Below, in pieces: positions 1 through 10,966 of a DNA stretch of 54,233 nt. The stretch is from a bacterium (lineage in GTDB: Bacteria > Patescibacteriota > CPR2_A > CG2-30-33-46), in contig JBBIQZ010000002.1 in NCBI GenBank assembly GCA_037442065.1, forward strand, positions 1 through 54,233, in the 5' to 3' direction. The translations under genes and the position numbers were made by a program. Position 1 is the stretch's first letter, and each line of letters begins with the position of its first letter. The notes below the pieces were generated by a model. The model ran no database searches, was not told where the DNA came from, and was given only the letters and a program-made list of their open reading frames with translations.

Positions 1-2
1 AC

Positions 3-971
3 AAAATGACTTCTTTGGGATTGACCAGCCGCACCGGCAAAGTTCTTACAGTTTCCAATATACAAGCTATCTTGAAGAATCCGTTTTATTACGGAGCTTT
101 TTATTTCAACGGCGAACTTCATCAAGGAAGCCATAAGCCAGCGATTGCAAAGAAACTTTTTGATAAATGCCAAGAAGTTATGGCGCAAAAAGCCCACAAA
201 ACCAAGCGAGGCCAAAAAGAATATGTTTTCCGTTCGCTTTTGAAGTGCGGCGAATGCGGTTGTTCTATAACTTCGGAAACCCACAAAGGACACAATTATT
301 ACCGATGCACCAAAAAGAAACAAAACTGCTCGCAAAAATATATTCGCGAAGAACTTTCGGCCGAGCAGATTTCAAACTTGATACAAAAAGTTTCTTTGCC
401 TTCGGTTTGGACCAAAAAGATGATTAACGAGTTGAACGAGGAAAAAGAGGAAAATGTCCAAGCCGAAGCAACTTTCGCTCAAAATCTGAAATCTGAAATT
501 GCCGAGCTAAACGACAAACTGGATAAACTTTTGGATAACCAGTTAGACAGCGTAATTTCCACCGAAGAATACGCCGCCAAAAAACAAAAAATTCTCAACC
601 AAAAAATTGAGATTTCCGAAAAACTGAGAGATTTTGAGCAAAAGGGCAATCGCTGGCTCGAACTTTGCCGGAACTTCATTTTAACGGCTAATCAAGCACA
701 AATTGCCGCTTTGCAGGGAAATAATTCTCTCAAGAAAAATTTCCTCAAAAGGATTGGCTCGAACCCGCTCCTTTTGGAGCGAAGGGTTTTTGTAGAATAC
801 AAAAACCCTTGGAAATTGCTTGAAAATTCGTCCGCCGAAGCGAGGGGCGACCTGCCCGCCGAATTGGCGGGAGCCCCGAGCGAGGCGGGAAACGCAAACT
901 TTACTAATTGGCTGGGAGGGCAGGATTCGAACCTGCGTAACAATCTTCAGAGGATTGCATCCTACCGCTAG
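3..971 (+). CDS. large serine recombinase, C-terminal part (5' end lies outside the window)
   Basis: The ORF is open to the window edge. It has a Cys-rich ribbon (LLKCGECGCSITSE..YYRCTKKK) followed by a long coiled coil (LNDKLDKLLDNQLD..), as in large serine recombinases. From ~835 the frame runs antisense through a GC-rich element and tRNA-Gln, so the true C-terminus is uncertain. Confidence 0.75.
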   Translation, partial: KMTSLGLTSRTGKVLTVSNIQAILKNPFYYGAFYFNGELHQGSHKPAIAKKLFDKCQEVMAQKAHKTKRGQKEYVFRSLLKCGECGCSITSETHKGHNYYRCTKKKQNCSQKYIREELSAEQISNLIQKVSLPSVWTKKMINELNEEKEENVQAEATFAQNLKSEIAELNDKLDKLLDNQLDSVISTEEYAAKKQKILNQKIEISEKLRDFEQKGNRWLELCRNFILTANQAQIAALQGNNSLKKNFLKRIGSNPLLLERRVFVEYKNPWKLLENSSAEARGDLPAELAGAPSEAGNANFTNWLGGQDSNLRNNLQRIASYR

Positions 972-982
972 ATGACCTCCCA
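909..982 (-). tRNA. tRNA-Gln (anticodon CTG), CCA encoded
   Basis: Cloverleaf read by eye: acceptor TGGGAGG/CCTCCCA, D stem ATCT/GGAT, anticodon stem CAATC/GATTG with loop CTCTGAA, T arm GCAGG-TTCGAAT-CCTGC, discriminator G plus CCA. Confidence 0.9.
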
Positions 983-986
983 AAAA

Positions 987-1679
987 TTAATATTTTCTAA
1001 ATCTCAATAACTCTTTACATTTATATACTTCTTCTCTTTTTGAAAGTTGAATTTTATATTCGCTTTTATGAGGGGTAAAACCAAGCTTTCTAAGACCAAG
1101 ATAAACATTTTCTAGTAGTGATTCATTTCTATTGGTAAAAATAAATTTATAAGTATATGTCGGTTTATGAATACAAAAACAACCTTCAGCCTCATATAAT
1201 CCTCTAAGATATCTTATTAGATAAATCTTATTTCTTAATATCCATTTAGGTGCGAATAGTTTACTATTCTTCCGCGAGCCCTGAGGGATACCAAGTCTCT
1301 TGCTAATATATTTTTCATAGATTGTTATATTTACACAATTAGAATATCTCCTCTTAGAGATGCTTGGCATCTTTTTAAACATCTTATTTACCAAGCTTGA
1401 ATATCTTTTTACGAATCCACTATTGTTAGTATTCGAAACTATTCTTAAAACTTCAGATCTCGGGAATGCACCGATATAACCACCCCCCAAAATAACACCT
1501 ATGAGTTCTGCTAAATCACCATCTTTCCTAAAAGCTGGATAACTATTTTTAAACAGGCCTTCTTTCTTCGTTCTTTGCCGCCAAGAGGCAAAATTATCGA
1601 TCTTCTTCCTTCTCATCGTTTCGGAAATCTTTCTTACCGAAGAATGTGAAAATTTAGTAAACCCTTTGTTCCAACTCAT
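987..1679 (-). CDS. double-motif LAGLIDADG homing-endonuclease-like protein with a NUMOD3-like N-terminus
   Basis: Two LAGLIDADG-type motifs (LAELIGVILGGGY and YLRGLYEAEGCF) and an N-terminal SWNKG..K motif. The stop codon lies 4 nt upstream of the tRNA-Gln 5' end. Confidence 0.8.
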   Translation of the reverse strand: MSWNKGFTKFSHSSVRKISETMRRKKIDNFASWRQRTKKEGLFKNSYPAFRKDGDLAELIGVILGGGYIGAFPRSEVLRIVSNTNNSGFVKRYSSLVNKMFKKMPSISKRRYSNCVNITIYEKYISKRLGIPQGSRKNSKLFAPKWILRNKIYLIRYLRGLYEAEGCFCIHKPTYTYKFIFTNRNESLLENVYLGLRKLGFTPHKSEYKIQLSKREEVYKCKELLRFRKY

Positions 1680-1682
1680 ACA

Positions 1683-1731
1683 ATGATTCTATCATACAGA
1701 ACTTATTTGTCCTACCATTAGACGATCTCCA
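1683..1731 (-). pseudogene. decayed tRNA-Gln-like copy (copy 2)
   Basis: Sense sequence TGGAGATCGTCTAATGGTAGGAC..TTCTG.. aligns with the acceptor 5' arm, D arm and anticodon region of the intact tRNA-Gln. It then collapses to the hairpin ATGAT-AGA-ATCAT and has no 3' acceptor arm. It is preceded by the leader ACTAAGTTATT. Confidence 0.45.
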
Positions 1732-1742
1732 AATAACTTAGT

Positions 1743-1823
1743 GCAGGGCGTGCCTGGGTTAGCGGACCTCCGCCAAAGGGCGAATAAACTCCATCCGCTG
1801 TTCTGCCGCCAGACGGCCTCCCA
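1743..1823 (-). pseudogene. decayed tRNA-Gln-like copy (copy 3)
   Basis: Sense sequence TGGGAGGCCGTCTGGCGGCAGAAC.. keeps the acceptor 5' arm, a D-arm-like part, the TAAC variable region and a CCAGG..CCTG T-stem-like pair. It has 27 nt between GCGGA and TCCGC where the anticodon loop should be, and no 3' acceptor arm. It is preceded by the leader ACTAAGTTGTT. Confidence 0.4.
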
Positions 1824-1893
1824 AACAACTTAGTCGCGCACAATTTAAACGACCCTTAAACTTTAGCAAAAAAGAAATCTTTTTTAAAGAAAA

Positions 1894-1923
1894 AACCACT
1901 TTAGGTGGAAAATTAAAGTGGTT
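1894..1923 (-). terminator. rho-independent terminator ending the atp operon / 1953..2366 transcript
   Basis: 10-bp stem AACCACTTTA / TAAAGTGGTT, followed on the minus strand by a T run. Confidence 0.65.
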
Positions 1924-1952
1924 GTAAAAAAACAAAATAAGATTTTTAAGGA

Positions 1953-2366
1953 TTAGACAAATTGTTTTTCCGAATCGTAAACAACTTCGGACACTTCAAA
2001 GGTGTTATTAATTTGATTTACCCAAAGGCCTAAAACTCTCACTCTAAAATTCCACGATTCTACAACTTTGCAGCCTTTCTTTATCTGGATTTTGTGCTCC
2101 TCATCAGAAACCGGATTGGCAGCACAATCATAATGGCCAACAACGGCGATGACTTTGGAATGATGACCATTAACAGAAATAGAAACCTTGTTTTTAAGAA
2201 TATCAATTCGTTCGGTAGAGCCTTCGCTTAAAAGTTTATCTGGACCCTCTACATTAGGAGCATCTACATAATCTAACCCAAATTCTTTGATCAACCAATC
2301 ATAAACAGGGTGCTGTGTTCTACCATCTATGCAGTTTATCATCGTTCCAAATTTGCCATGCGCCAT
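1953..2366 (-). CDS. small beta-carbonic-anhydrase-like Zn-binding protein (function uncertain)
   Basis: Has CIDGR (CxDxR-type) and GHYDC (HxxC-type) motifs at the spacing of the beta-CA zinc ligands. It sits directly after atpC on the same strand. Confidence 0.4.
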   Translation of the reverse strand: MAHGKFGTMINCIDGRTQHPVYDWLIKEFGLDYVDAPNVEGPDKLLSEGSTERIDILKNKVSISVNGHHSKVIAVVGHYDCAANPVSDEEHKIQIKKGCKVVESWNFRVRVLGLWVNQINNTFEVSEVVYDSEKQFV

Positions 2367-2397
2367 TAGGGTTTCTCCCTTCTTATTTGTTTTGTAT

Positions 2398-5036
<2,639 letters not shown>

Positions 5037-6563
5037 CTAAACCTCCGTCTGCCCTTTCTTTACTTCTACAAATTCGCTTTTTATCTTTTCCAAAATTTTC
5101 TTCAATTCTTTCTCTGCTTCTTCGGTTAAGTCCATTTCTTTACCCAACTTTTCTTTGAATGATTTTCCGCTAGTATCCAAATTATTAAACAAAGCGTTCT
5201 CAAATTCACAAATTTTGGAAACTTCTACCTCATCTAAAAAACCGTTGGTAGCTGCATAAAGAATAGCCACCTGCTTCTCTACCGAAAGTGGCGAATACTG
5301 GTCTTGCTTTAAAACCTCTACTAATCTTTTTCCTCTCTCTATTTGTTTTTTAGTTTCCGGATCTAAATCAGAAGCAAATTGTGCAAAAGATTGAAGCTCT
5401 CTAAACTGAGCTAGCTCTAATCTTGTCTTGCTGGCTACTTTCTTCATAGCTTTAACCTGAGCGGCCGAACCGACTCTTGAAACCGATAAACCAACATTTA
5501 ATGCCGGTCTTATTCCCTGATAAAAAAGATCAGTTTCTAAATAAATTTGCCCATCGGTTATAGAAATAACATTAGTCGGAATATAGGCTGAAACATCTCC
5601 GGCCTGAGTTTCAATAATCGGAAGAGCTGTTATAGACCCTCCGCCAAACTCTTCATCTCTTCTGCAAGCCCGTTCTAATAATCTGGAATGAAGATAAAAA
5701 ACATCACCAGGATATGCCTCTCGCCCAGGTGGACGCCTTAGGAGTAAAGAAATTTCCCTATATGCAGTGGCGTGTTTTGATAAATCATCATAAATAATTA
5801 AAACATCCTTACCTTTATCCATAAAATATTCAGCAATGGCAACTCCGGAATAAGGGGAAATAAAAAGCAAAGGAGTCGGATCGGAAGCACCAGCACTTAC
5901 AACGATGGTATTTTTTAAAGCATCACGTTTTTCTAACTCACTAACAGTTTTGGCTACCTTAGACTGTTTTTGACCGATGGCAACATAAATACAAATAACA
6001 TCTTCATTTTTTTGATTAATAATCGTATCTAAAGCAATAGCAGTCTTTCCAGTTTGACGATCACCGATAATAAGTTCTCGTTGACCCCGACCGATTGGAA
6101 TCATTGAATCAATGGCTTTAATGCCTGTTTGCAAAGGTTTAGTTACTGATTTTCTTTCAATAACTCCAGGGGCAATTTTTTCCACCGGGTAAAATTCTTC
6201 TGCTTCTACTTCGCCTTTACCATCAATCGGTTTCCCTAAAGGATCAACTACTCGACCTAATAAATCTGAAGAAACCGGAACATTTAAAACCCGTCCCGTT
6301 CCTTTAACCTCATCTCCTTCAGAAATACCGCTCACATCTCCCATTACTACAATACCAACTGAATCTTCTTCTAAATTTAAAGCAATGCCAAAAGTGCCGT
6401 TTTGAAACTGCACTATTTCAAAAGACATAACATCCGATAAACCAACGGCTTTGGCAATCCCATCTCCAATCCAAAAAACTTCTCCAGCTTTATAAGAAAT
6501 CAATTCGGGTTTAAATTTTTCTACATTCTCATGTATTTTTTTAATTAAATATTCTTTTTGCAT
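5037..6563 (-). CDS. atpA: F1 ATP synthase subunit alpha
   Basis: Walker A GDRQTGKT and conserved alpha-subunit sequence. Confidence 0.97.
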   Translation of the reverse strand: MQKEYLIKKIHENVEKFKPELISYKAGEVFWIGDGIAKAVGLSDVMSFEIVQFQNGTFGIALNLEEDSVGIVVMGDVSGISEGDEVKGTGRVLNVPVSSDLLGRVVDPLGKPIDGKGEVEAEEFYPVEKIAPGVIERKSVTKPLQTGIKAIDSMIPIGRGQRELIIGDRQTGKTAIALDTIINQKNEDVICIYVAIGQKQSKVAKTVSELEKRDALKNTIVVSAGASDPTPLLFISPYSGVAIAEYFMDKGKDVLIIYDDLSKHATAYREISLLLRRPPGREAYPGDVFYLHSRLLERACRRDEEFGGGSITALPIIETQAGDVSAYIPTNVISITDGQIYLETDLFYQGIRPALNVGLSVSRVGSAAQVKAMKKVASKTRLELAQFRELQSFAQFASDLDPETKKQIERGKRLVEVLKQDQYSPLSVEKQVAILYAATNGFLDEVEVSKICEFENALFNNLDTSGKSFKEKLGKEMDLTEEAEKELKKILEKIKSEFVEVKKGQTEV

Positions 6564-6564
6564 T

Positions 6565-6969
6565 TTATATTTCTACCGATTCTATATTTTTTTGAATTTG
6601 ATTTATTCGATTTTTTAAGCTGTTATCAATAACTTCTTCACCTTTCCTTATAATCATTCCGCCAACAATCTCTTCTTGAACATCAAAATGAAATTTTAAA
6701 GACTGACCTGAAAATTGGGCTCTAATTTTATCTTTTAGAATTGTTTTTTCTTTTTCAGATAATTTTTGCGCCGTGGTTATCGAAACTTGAGAATCGCTAA
6801 ATTCTTTGCGCTTGGTATCTAACCCCCTTAAAACAAAAGAATTATCTTTAAATTTAAAAGCAAGGTTTTTAGCAATTTTATCGGTGGTTTCCTTATCTAG
6901 GCCTTCAATAATGCATTCCACAATTTTTAAAAAATCGTTACTATTTAGTTTACTCATCTTTCTTTCCAA
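6565..6969 (-). CDS. atpH: F1 ATP synthase subunit delta (short, 134 aa)
   Basis: The C-terminal [22 protein letters not shown] matches the OSCP/delta C-terminus. Operon position lies between atpF and atpA. Confidence 0.8.
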   Translation of the reverse strand: MERKMSKLNSNDFLKIVECIIEGLDKETTDKIAKNLAFKFKDNSFVLRGLDTKRKEFSDSQVSITTAQKLSEKEKTILKDKIRAQFSGQSLKFHFDVQEEIVGGMIIRKGEEVIDNSLKNRINQIQKNIESVEI

Positions 6970-7447
6970 TTGCTAAAATTGCTTCGTCCGTAAGAGCTTT
7001 ATCATACTTTTTAATATCTTTATTAACTAAAGATTTTAAAGAATCTCCAACAAGTTTCGAAAGATCTTTTTTAAGTTCTTCCATCATTTTATCTTTTTCT
7101 TTTGCGGCATTTTCCTTTGCTGAAGCAATTATTTTTTCTGAATCAACTCTAGCATTCTTGATGATAGTTTGTCTTGACTCATCACCTGCTTTTTTGCCTT
7201 CAGTTATAATTCTATCAGCCTCTTTTTTAGCTTTTTCTAAGATTTTTTGCCTTTCCACTTCACTTGCTTCCAGTTTCTTCTCGATTTCTTCTGCCTGTTT
7301 TAAGCTTTTCTCAACCTTTTCGGATCTTTCGTTAAGCATTTTTAAGACAGGCTTGTACAAAAGTTTATACAGAATAAAAAGAAGCACTAAGAAATTCACT
7401 GCTTGAGCAATAAGCATTGCTGGATTAATTCCAATTTTGTCTAACAT
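6950..7447 (-). CDS. atpF: Fo ATP synthase subunit b
   Basis: Single N-terminal TM helix followed by a long charged helix; operon position. Confidence 0.88.
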   Translation of the reverse strand: MLDKIGINPAMLIAQAVNFLVLLFILYKLLYKPVLKMLNERSEKVEKSLKQAEEIEKKLEASEVERQKILEKAKKEADRIITEGKKAGDESRQTIIKNARVDSEKIIASAKENAAKEKDKMMEELKKDLSKLVGDSLKSLVNKDIKKYDKALTDEAILAIGKKDE

Positions 7448-7458
7448 CTTAATAACTC

Positions 7459-7686
7459 CTATACAAATTTAATAACTAAAGCAATAACCAAGGCATAAAT
7501 AGCAATAGCTTCTGCAAAAGCAGCCGTTAAAATCAAACTAGTCTGAATTTTGTCGGCAGCTTCTGGATTTCTACCAATTGCTTCTAAACCTTTTCCAGCT
7601 AACACTCCGATAGCTAAGGCCGGAGCAATAGTTCCTAAACCAATAGCTAAAGCTGCTGCTAATAACTGTACTGATTCTTTTCCCAT
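7459..7686 (-). CDS. atpE: Fo ATP synthase subunit c
   Basis: 75-aa hairpin proteolipid with the GRNPE loop and a carboxylate in helix 2 (AFAEAIAIY). Confidence 0.95.
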   Translation of the reverse strand: MGKESVQLLAAALAIGLGTIAPALAIGVLAGKGLEAIGRNPEAADKIQTSLILTAAFAEAIAIYALVIALVIKFV

Positions 7687-7705
7687 TTAATTTTTCCTTT
7701 CTGTA

Positions 7706-7753
7706 GCTTCGACTTGCCTATGGTAGGCAGGAATATATATTCCCTACCGAAGC
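7706..7753 (-). promoter_or_regulatory. GC-rich nested stem-loop in the atpB-atpE spacer, just upstream of the atpE SD
   Basis: mRNA sense GCUUCG-GUAGG-GAAUAU/AUAUUC-cug-CCUACC..CGAAGC. The AAAGGAAAAA SD and the ATG follow. This is an unusually GC-rich island in a 142-nt spacer. Confidence 0.5.
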
Positions 7754-7828
7754 AAAAGCCCTTTCCGTTAAACGGATAAACTCCACTTTGCGTGAAGAAG
7801 GACAACTAATTTATTTTAATTTTAATGA

Positions 7829-8569
7829 TTATCCATGACTTGCTGTGGTGGCCATCTTAATGAATACCAACGTTAACATTGTAAATACCAAAGCCTGAAT
7901 TAAACCAACAAATAACTCCATAACATAAAATGGCAGCGGTATGAAATACGGTACCAAAACAGATAAAACAGTCAACAAAACTTCTCCTGCAAAAACATTA
8001 CCAAAAAGTCTAAAAGCAAAAGAAAATATCTTCACAATCTCGGATATAAATTCTAGAATTCCAACAAAAAAGTGTATGGGCGAAGAGAAATTTAAGAACT
8101 TTTTGAAATATTTTGCAAAGCCGATTGCTATAATGCCCGAAACCTGAACGAAAATAATCGCAATAATGCCTAAAGCTAGAGTGGTATTTAAATCAGCAGT
8201 CCCTGATCTTAAAAATGGAACAAGAACTTCTTTACCATCATGAATTCTATTAATGCCCACTGTTCCCAAACCAGGAATTAACCCAAGCCAATTATTGAAT
8301 AAAATAAAGATAAAGAATGTGGCGATTAACGGGAAAATCTTTTCGGTTAATTTTCGGTCTCTAGTGATACCATCTGTTAAATTCAACAAAGACTCAAGAA
8401 CTAATTCAAAAGCATTTTGAATTCCGTGAGGCACCTTTTTCATTTTTCTGGTCGCTAGAAAAGATAAACCTACTAAAAGCAAAGAGATTATAACCGTTGC
8501 CAATATGCTGTTAGTAATTGGAATCGGCCCTAAATTAAATAAATGTTCTGACGTGATAGAAATATTCAT
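7829..8569 (-). CDS. atpB: Fo ATP synthase subunit a
   Basis: Multi-TM protein with the conserved RLFGNVFAGE motif. Confidence 0.95.
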   Translation of the reverse strand: MNISITSEHLFNLGPIPITNSILATVIISLLLVGLSFLATRKMKKVPHGIQNAFELVLESLLNLTDGITRDRKLTEKIFPLIATFFIFILFNNWLGLIPGLGTVGINRIHDGKEVLVPFLRSGTADLNTTLALGIIAIIFVQVSGIIAIGFAKYFKKFLNFSSPIHFFVGILEFISEIVKIFSFAFRLFGNVFAGEVLLTVLSVLVPYFIPLPFYVMELFVGLIQALVFTMLTLVFIKMATTASHG

Positions 8570-8796
8570 TTTGCTTGATTTAAATTTTTATAAACTTTAT
8601 AAATGCTATATCCTGAAGTAAATAAGGATAAAAAGATTCCTAAAAACAAAAATAAGGGACTTGAGTTAAACTCTTTATCCAAAAATGTACCTAAAACTAC
8701 AAATAAAACCAAAGGTATACTTACCCGCCACCCTATTTCAAATAAGCTTTGATAAACGGTAATCTTATCTAATGATTTTGAATATTGCTTGGTCAT
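8566..8796 (-). CDS. AtpI/AtpZ-like small membrane protein at the head of the atp operon
   Basis: Two TM helices, with a 4-nt overlap with the atpB start. The start is taken at MTKQYSK; the tracked ORF extends to 8835. Confidence 0.6.
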   Translation of the reverse strand: MTKQYSKSLDKITVYQSLFEIGWRVSIPLVLFVVLGTFLDKEFNSSPLFLFLGIFLSLFTSGYSIYKVYKNLNQAK

Positions 8797-8889
8797 AATT
8801 TTAAAAATAAAATACACCCGAAAGATGTATTGCACTATATTACATGAAAGACAAAAAAATGTAAAGACCTTAAAGTATTGACCGCTTTT

Positions 8890-10146
8890 TTAGCTTAGCT
8901 TCTTTAAAGCTTCTTTTAGTCTTTCTAAAGATTCTTCCTTACTCAGTGCCCAGAGGAGTTCTGTCGGCGATGGGCTTTTTTCGAGTCCGGAAAGGGCAAC
9001 CCTAACCGGCCAAAAAACATCACCAAAAGATAAACCATTTTCCTCCATTATATTTTTTAAAATTTGTTCAAATTCCGTTTCGGCTTTCGGCCAGTCTTTT
9101 TGTTTCTCTAAAATTTCTAAAGTTTTCTCTAGACCAATTTTTGTTTTTTTCTTATCGCTTTTTTTAAAAATTAATAGCCTAAAATCGTAATCTTTAAGCT
9201 CTATGATTCCTTGGCTTAATTCTTGCAATTCTTTTAGGGTCTTGGCTCTCTCTTTAAAAATCTCAACCATTTTTTCCGAAACATTCGCTTCCTTGCTTAA
9301 TTCCTTATCGGTTTTTCCTCTTAAATAATGAGCGTTTATAAAATTTAATTTTTCAATATTAAAAATAGCCGGGCTTTTTTGCACCCGCTCAATTTTAAAT
9401 TCTTTTATTAAATCCTCTAAAGTAAAAAACTCTCTTTCATTTCCAGGATTCCAACCCAAAAGAGCTAAAAAATTTATTATTGCTTCTGGAAGATAACCTT
9501 TTTCTTTATAGTCTGCCAAAGACACGGAACCGCTACGTTTGGATAATTTAGTCCGGTCTTCGTTTAATATTAACGGCATATGCCCATACTCTGGCTTTTT
9601 ATAACCAAGCGCCTCCAAAATAAATATTTGCTTGGGCGTATTTGATAAATGCTCCTCGCCTCTTAAAACATGGGTTATTTTATCTTCGGCATCATCAATT
9701 GCATTTGAGAAATAATAAATTGGGATCTTATTTGATCTCACAATAACAAAATCAGAAAACTCTTTACTTTCAAAAACAACCTTTCCCCGAATCAAATCCG
9801 TAAATTCAATTCTTTGATTTTGAGGAACTTTAAACCATATAGCCCCCTCTTTTTCGTAAGCTAGTCCTTCATTAACTAATTTTAGAGCCAACGATAAATG
9901 TTTTTCCATATTATTTAGTTGATGAGAAATCGGACCGTCCCATTTTAAACCCAGCCATTCCATGCCATTTTTTATATCTTCTTCGGATTCTTTCGTAGAC
10001 CGTTCTTGGTCGGTATCTTCAAATCTTAAAAGGAAATCGCCCTTATTATGCTTAGCAAATAAATAATTGAATAATGCGGTTCTTGCGGAACCGATATGAA
10101 ATTTTCCTGTTGGGCTGGGCGGAAATCTTGTAATTATTTTAGCCAT
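8890..10146 (-). CDS. gltX: glutamyl-tRNA synthetase
   Basis: Class I signatures HIGSARTA (HIGH) and KLSKR (KMSKS), with a conserved GluRS N-terminus. Confidence 0.93.
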   Translation of the reverse strand: MAKIITRFPPSPTGKFHIGSARTALFNYLFAKHNKGDFLLRFEDTDQERSTKESEEDIKNGMEWLGLKWDGPISHQLNNMEKHLSLALKLVNEGLAYEKEGAIWFKVPQNQRIEFTDLIRGKVVFESKEFSDFVIVRSNKIPIYYFSNAIDDAEDKITHVLRGEEHLSNTPKQIFILEALGYKKPEYGHMPLILNEDRTKLSKRSGSVSLADYKEKGYLPEAIINFLALLGWNPGNEREFFTLEDLIKEFKIERVQKSPAIFNIEKLNFINAHYLRGKTDKELSKEANVSEKMVEIFKERAKTLKELQELSQGIIELKDYDFRLLIFKKSDKKKTKIGLEKTLEILEKQKDWPKAETEFEQILKNIMEENGLSFGDVFWPVRVALSGLEKSPSPTELLWALSKEESLERLKEALKKLS

Positions 10147-10966
10147 TTTTTTCCTTAAATTTTTCTTTAATTAAAGCATAAATGAATTTCGGCACAGCTT
10201 CAAATATTCTTCCGATTCTTTTAGGTTCTTGAAATAAACGCCAAAACCATTCTAAACCTATTTTTTGGAAACCCTCCGGCGCCCTTTTTATTTTTCCGGA
10301 AACAAAATCAAAAGTTCCGCCGACCCCAATAGCTATCTTAGTATTTAGTTTAGACCAATTTTTACAAATCCATTTTTCCTGCTTAGGCTGCCCCCAAGCC
10401 ACAAATAAAACGTCAGAATTTATCTTCTGGATTAGCCCTTTCTCTTCCGGTGAGCCAGCATAAAAGCCATTAATCTTTATCCCCGGAAACTTGCGAATTA
10501 ATTTTTTATTAACCTCTTCGGCAACTCCTTCCTTGCCACCCAAAAGAAAAATTGACCAATCATTTTCATAAGCTTTTCTTACAATATCCCAAAACAAATC
10601 AGCCCCGGAAACTTTTTCTGGTAGAACTTTCTTTAAATAAGATGGCTTAAAAATTAAGGCTAACAAAGACCAAAAAGCCAAAAAAGGAATTTCTAAATAT
10701 TTAAAAAAGGTCTTAGAGGTTTTGTAGCTTAAAAATTTAGAAGCCCATAAAATTCCCGAACCATCAGCTGTTACCAAATCGGCTGAATTTACACTTTTTA
10801 GAAAATCCTTATCTTTCTCGGCCAACATTAGGGTTTCCGGATTAGCCGTAACTATAAAAAGTTTCTTTCCATTTTCCAAAACTTCGGAAATTTTGTCTAA
10901 AACTTTTTTGTAGGTAAGCTTGTCTATCCTTACTTTTAAGATTTTTATGCTTTCTTTATCTATCAT
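10139..10966 (-). CDS. WecB/TagA/CpsF-family glycosyltransferase
   Basis: Family-typical segments DGSGILWASKFL and GVGGTFDFVSGKIKRAP..WRL..EPKR. Confidence 0.85.
   Translation of the reverse strand: MIDKESIKILKVRIDKLTYKKVLDKISEVLENGKKLFIVTANPETLMLAEKDKDFLKSVNSADLVTADGSGILWASKFLSYKTSKTFFKYLEIPFLAFWSLLALIFKPSYLKKVLPEKVSGADLFWDIVRKAYENDWSIFLLGGKEGVAEEVNKKLIRKFPGIKINGFYAGSPEEKGLIQKINSDVLFVAWGQPKQEKWICKNWSKLNTKIAIGVGGTFDFVSGKIKRAPEGFQKIGLEWFWRLFQEPKRIGRIFEAVPKFIYALIKEKFKEKNG

Noticed and set aside
681-983. Minus-strand ORFs 681..983 and 692..943.
   Set aside because: They are antisense to the recombinase gene. They consist of the GC-rich tRNA-Gln trailer plus the tRNA itself, where stop codons are rare. 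No coding signal was seen.
987-1731. Possibility that the LAGLIDADG gene is an intron inside a split tRNA-Gln (5' half at 1731..1695, 3' half at ~945..909).
   Set aside because: The tRNA at 909..982 is complete with its own 5' half and folds as a normal cloverleaf. The upstream piece is therefore a separate decayed copy, not exon 1.
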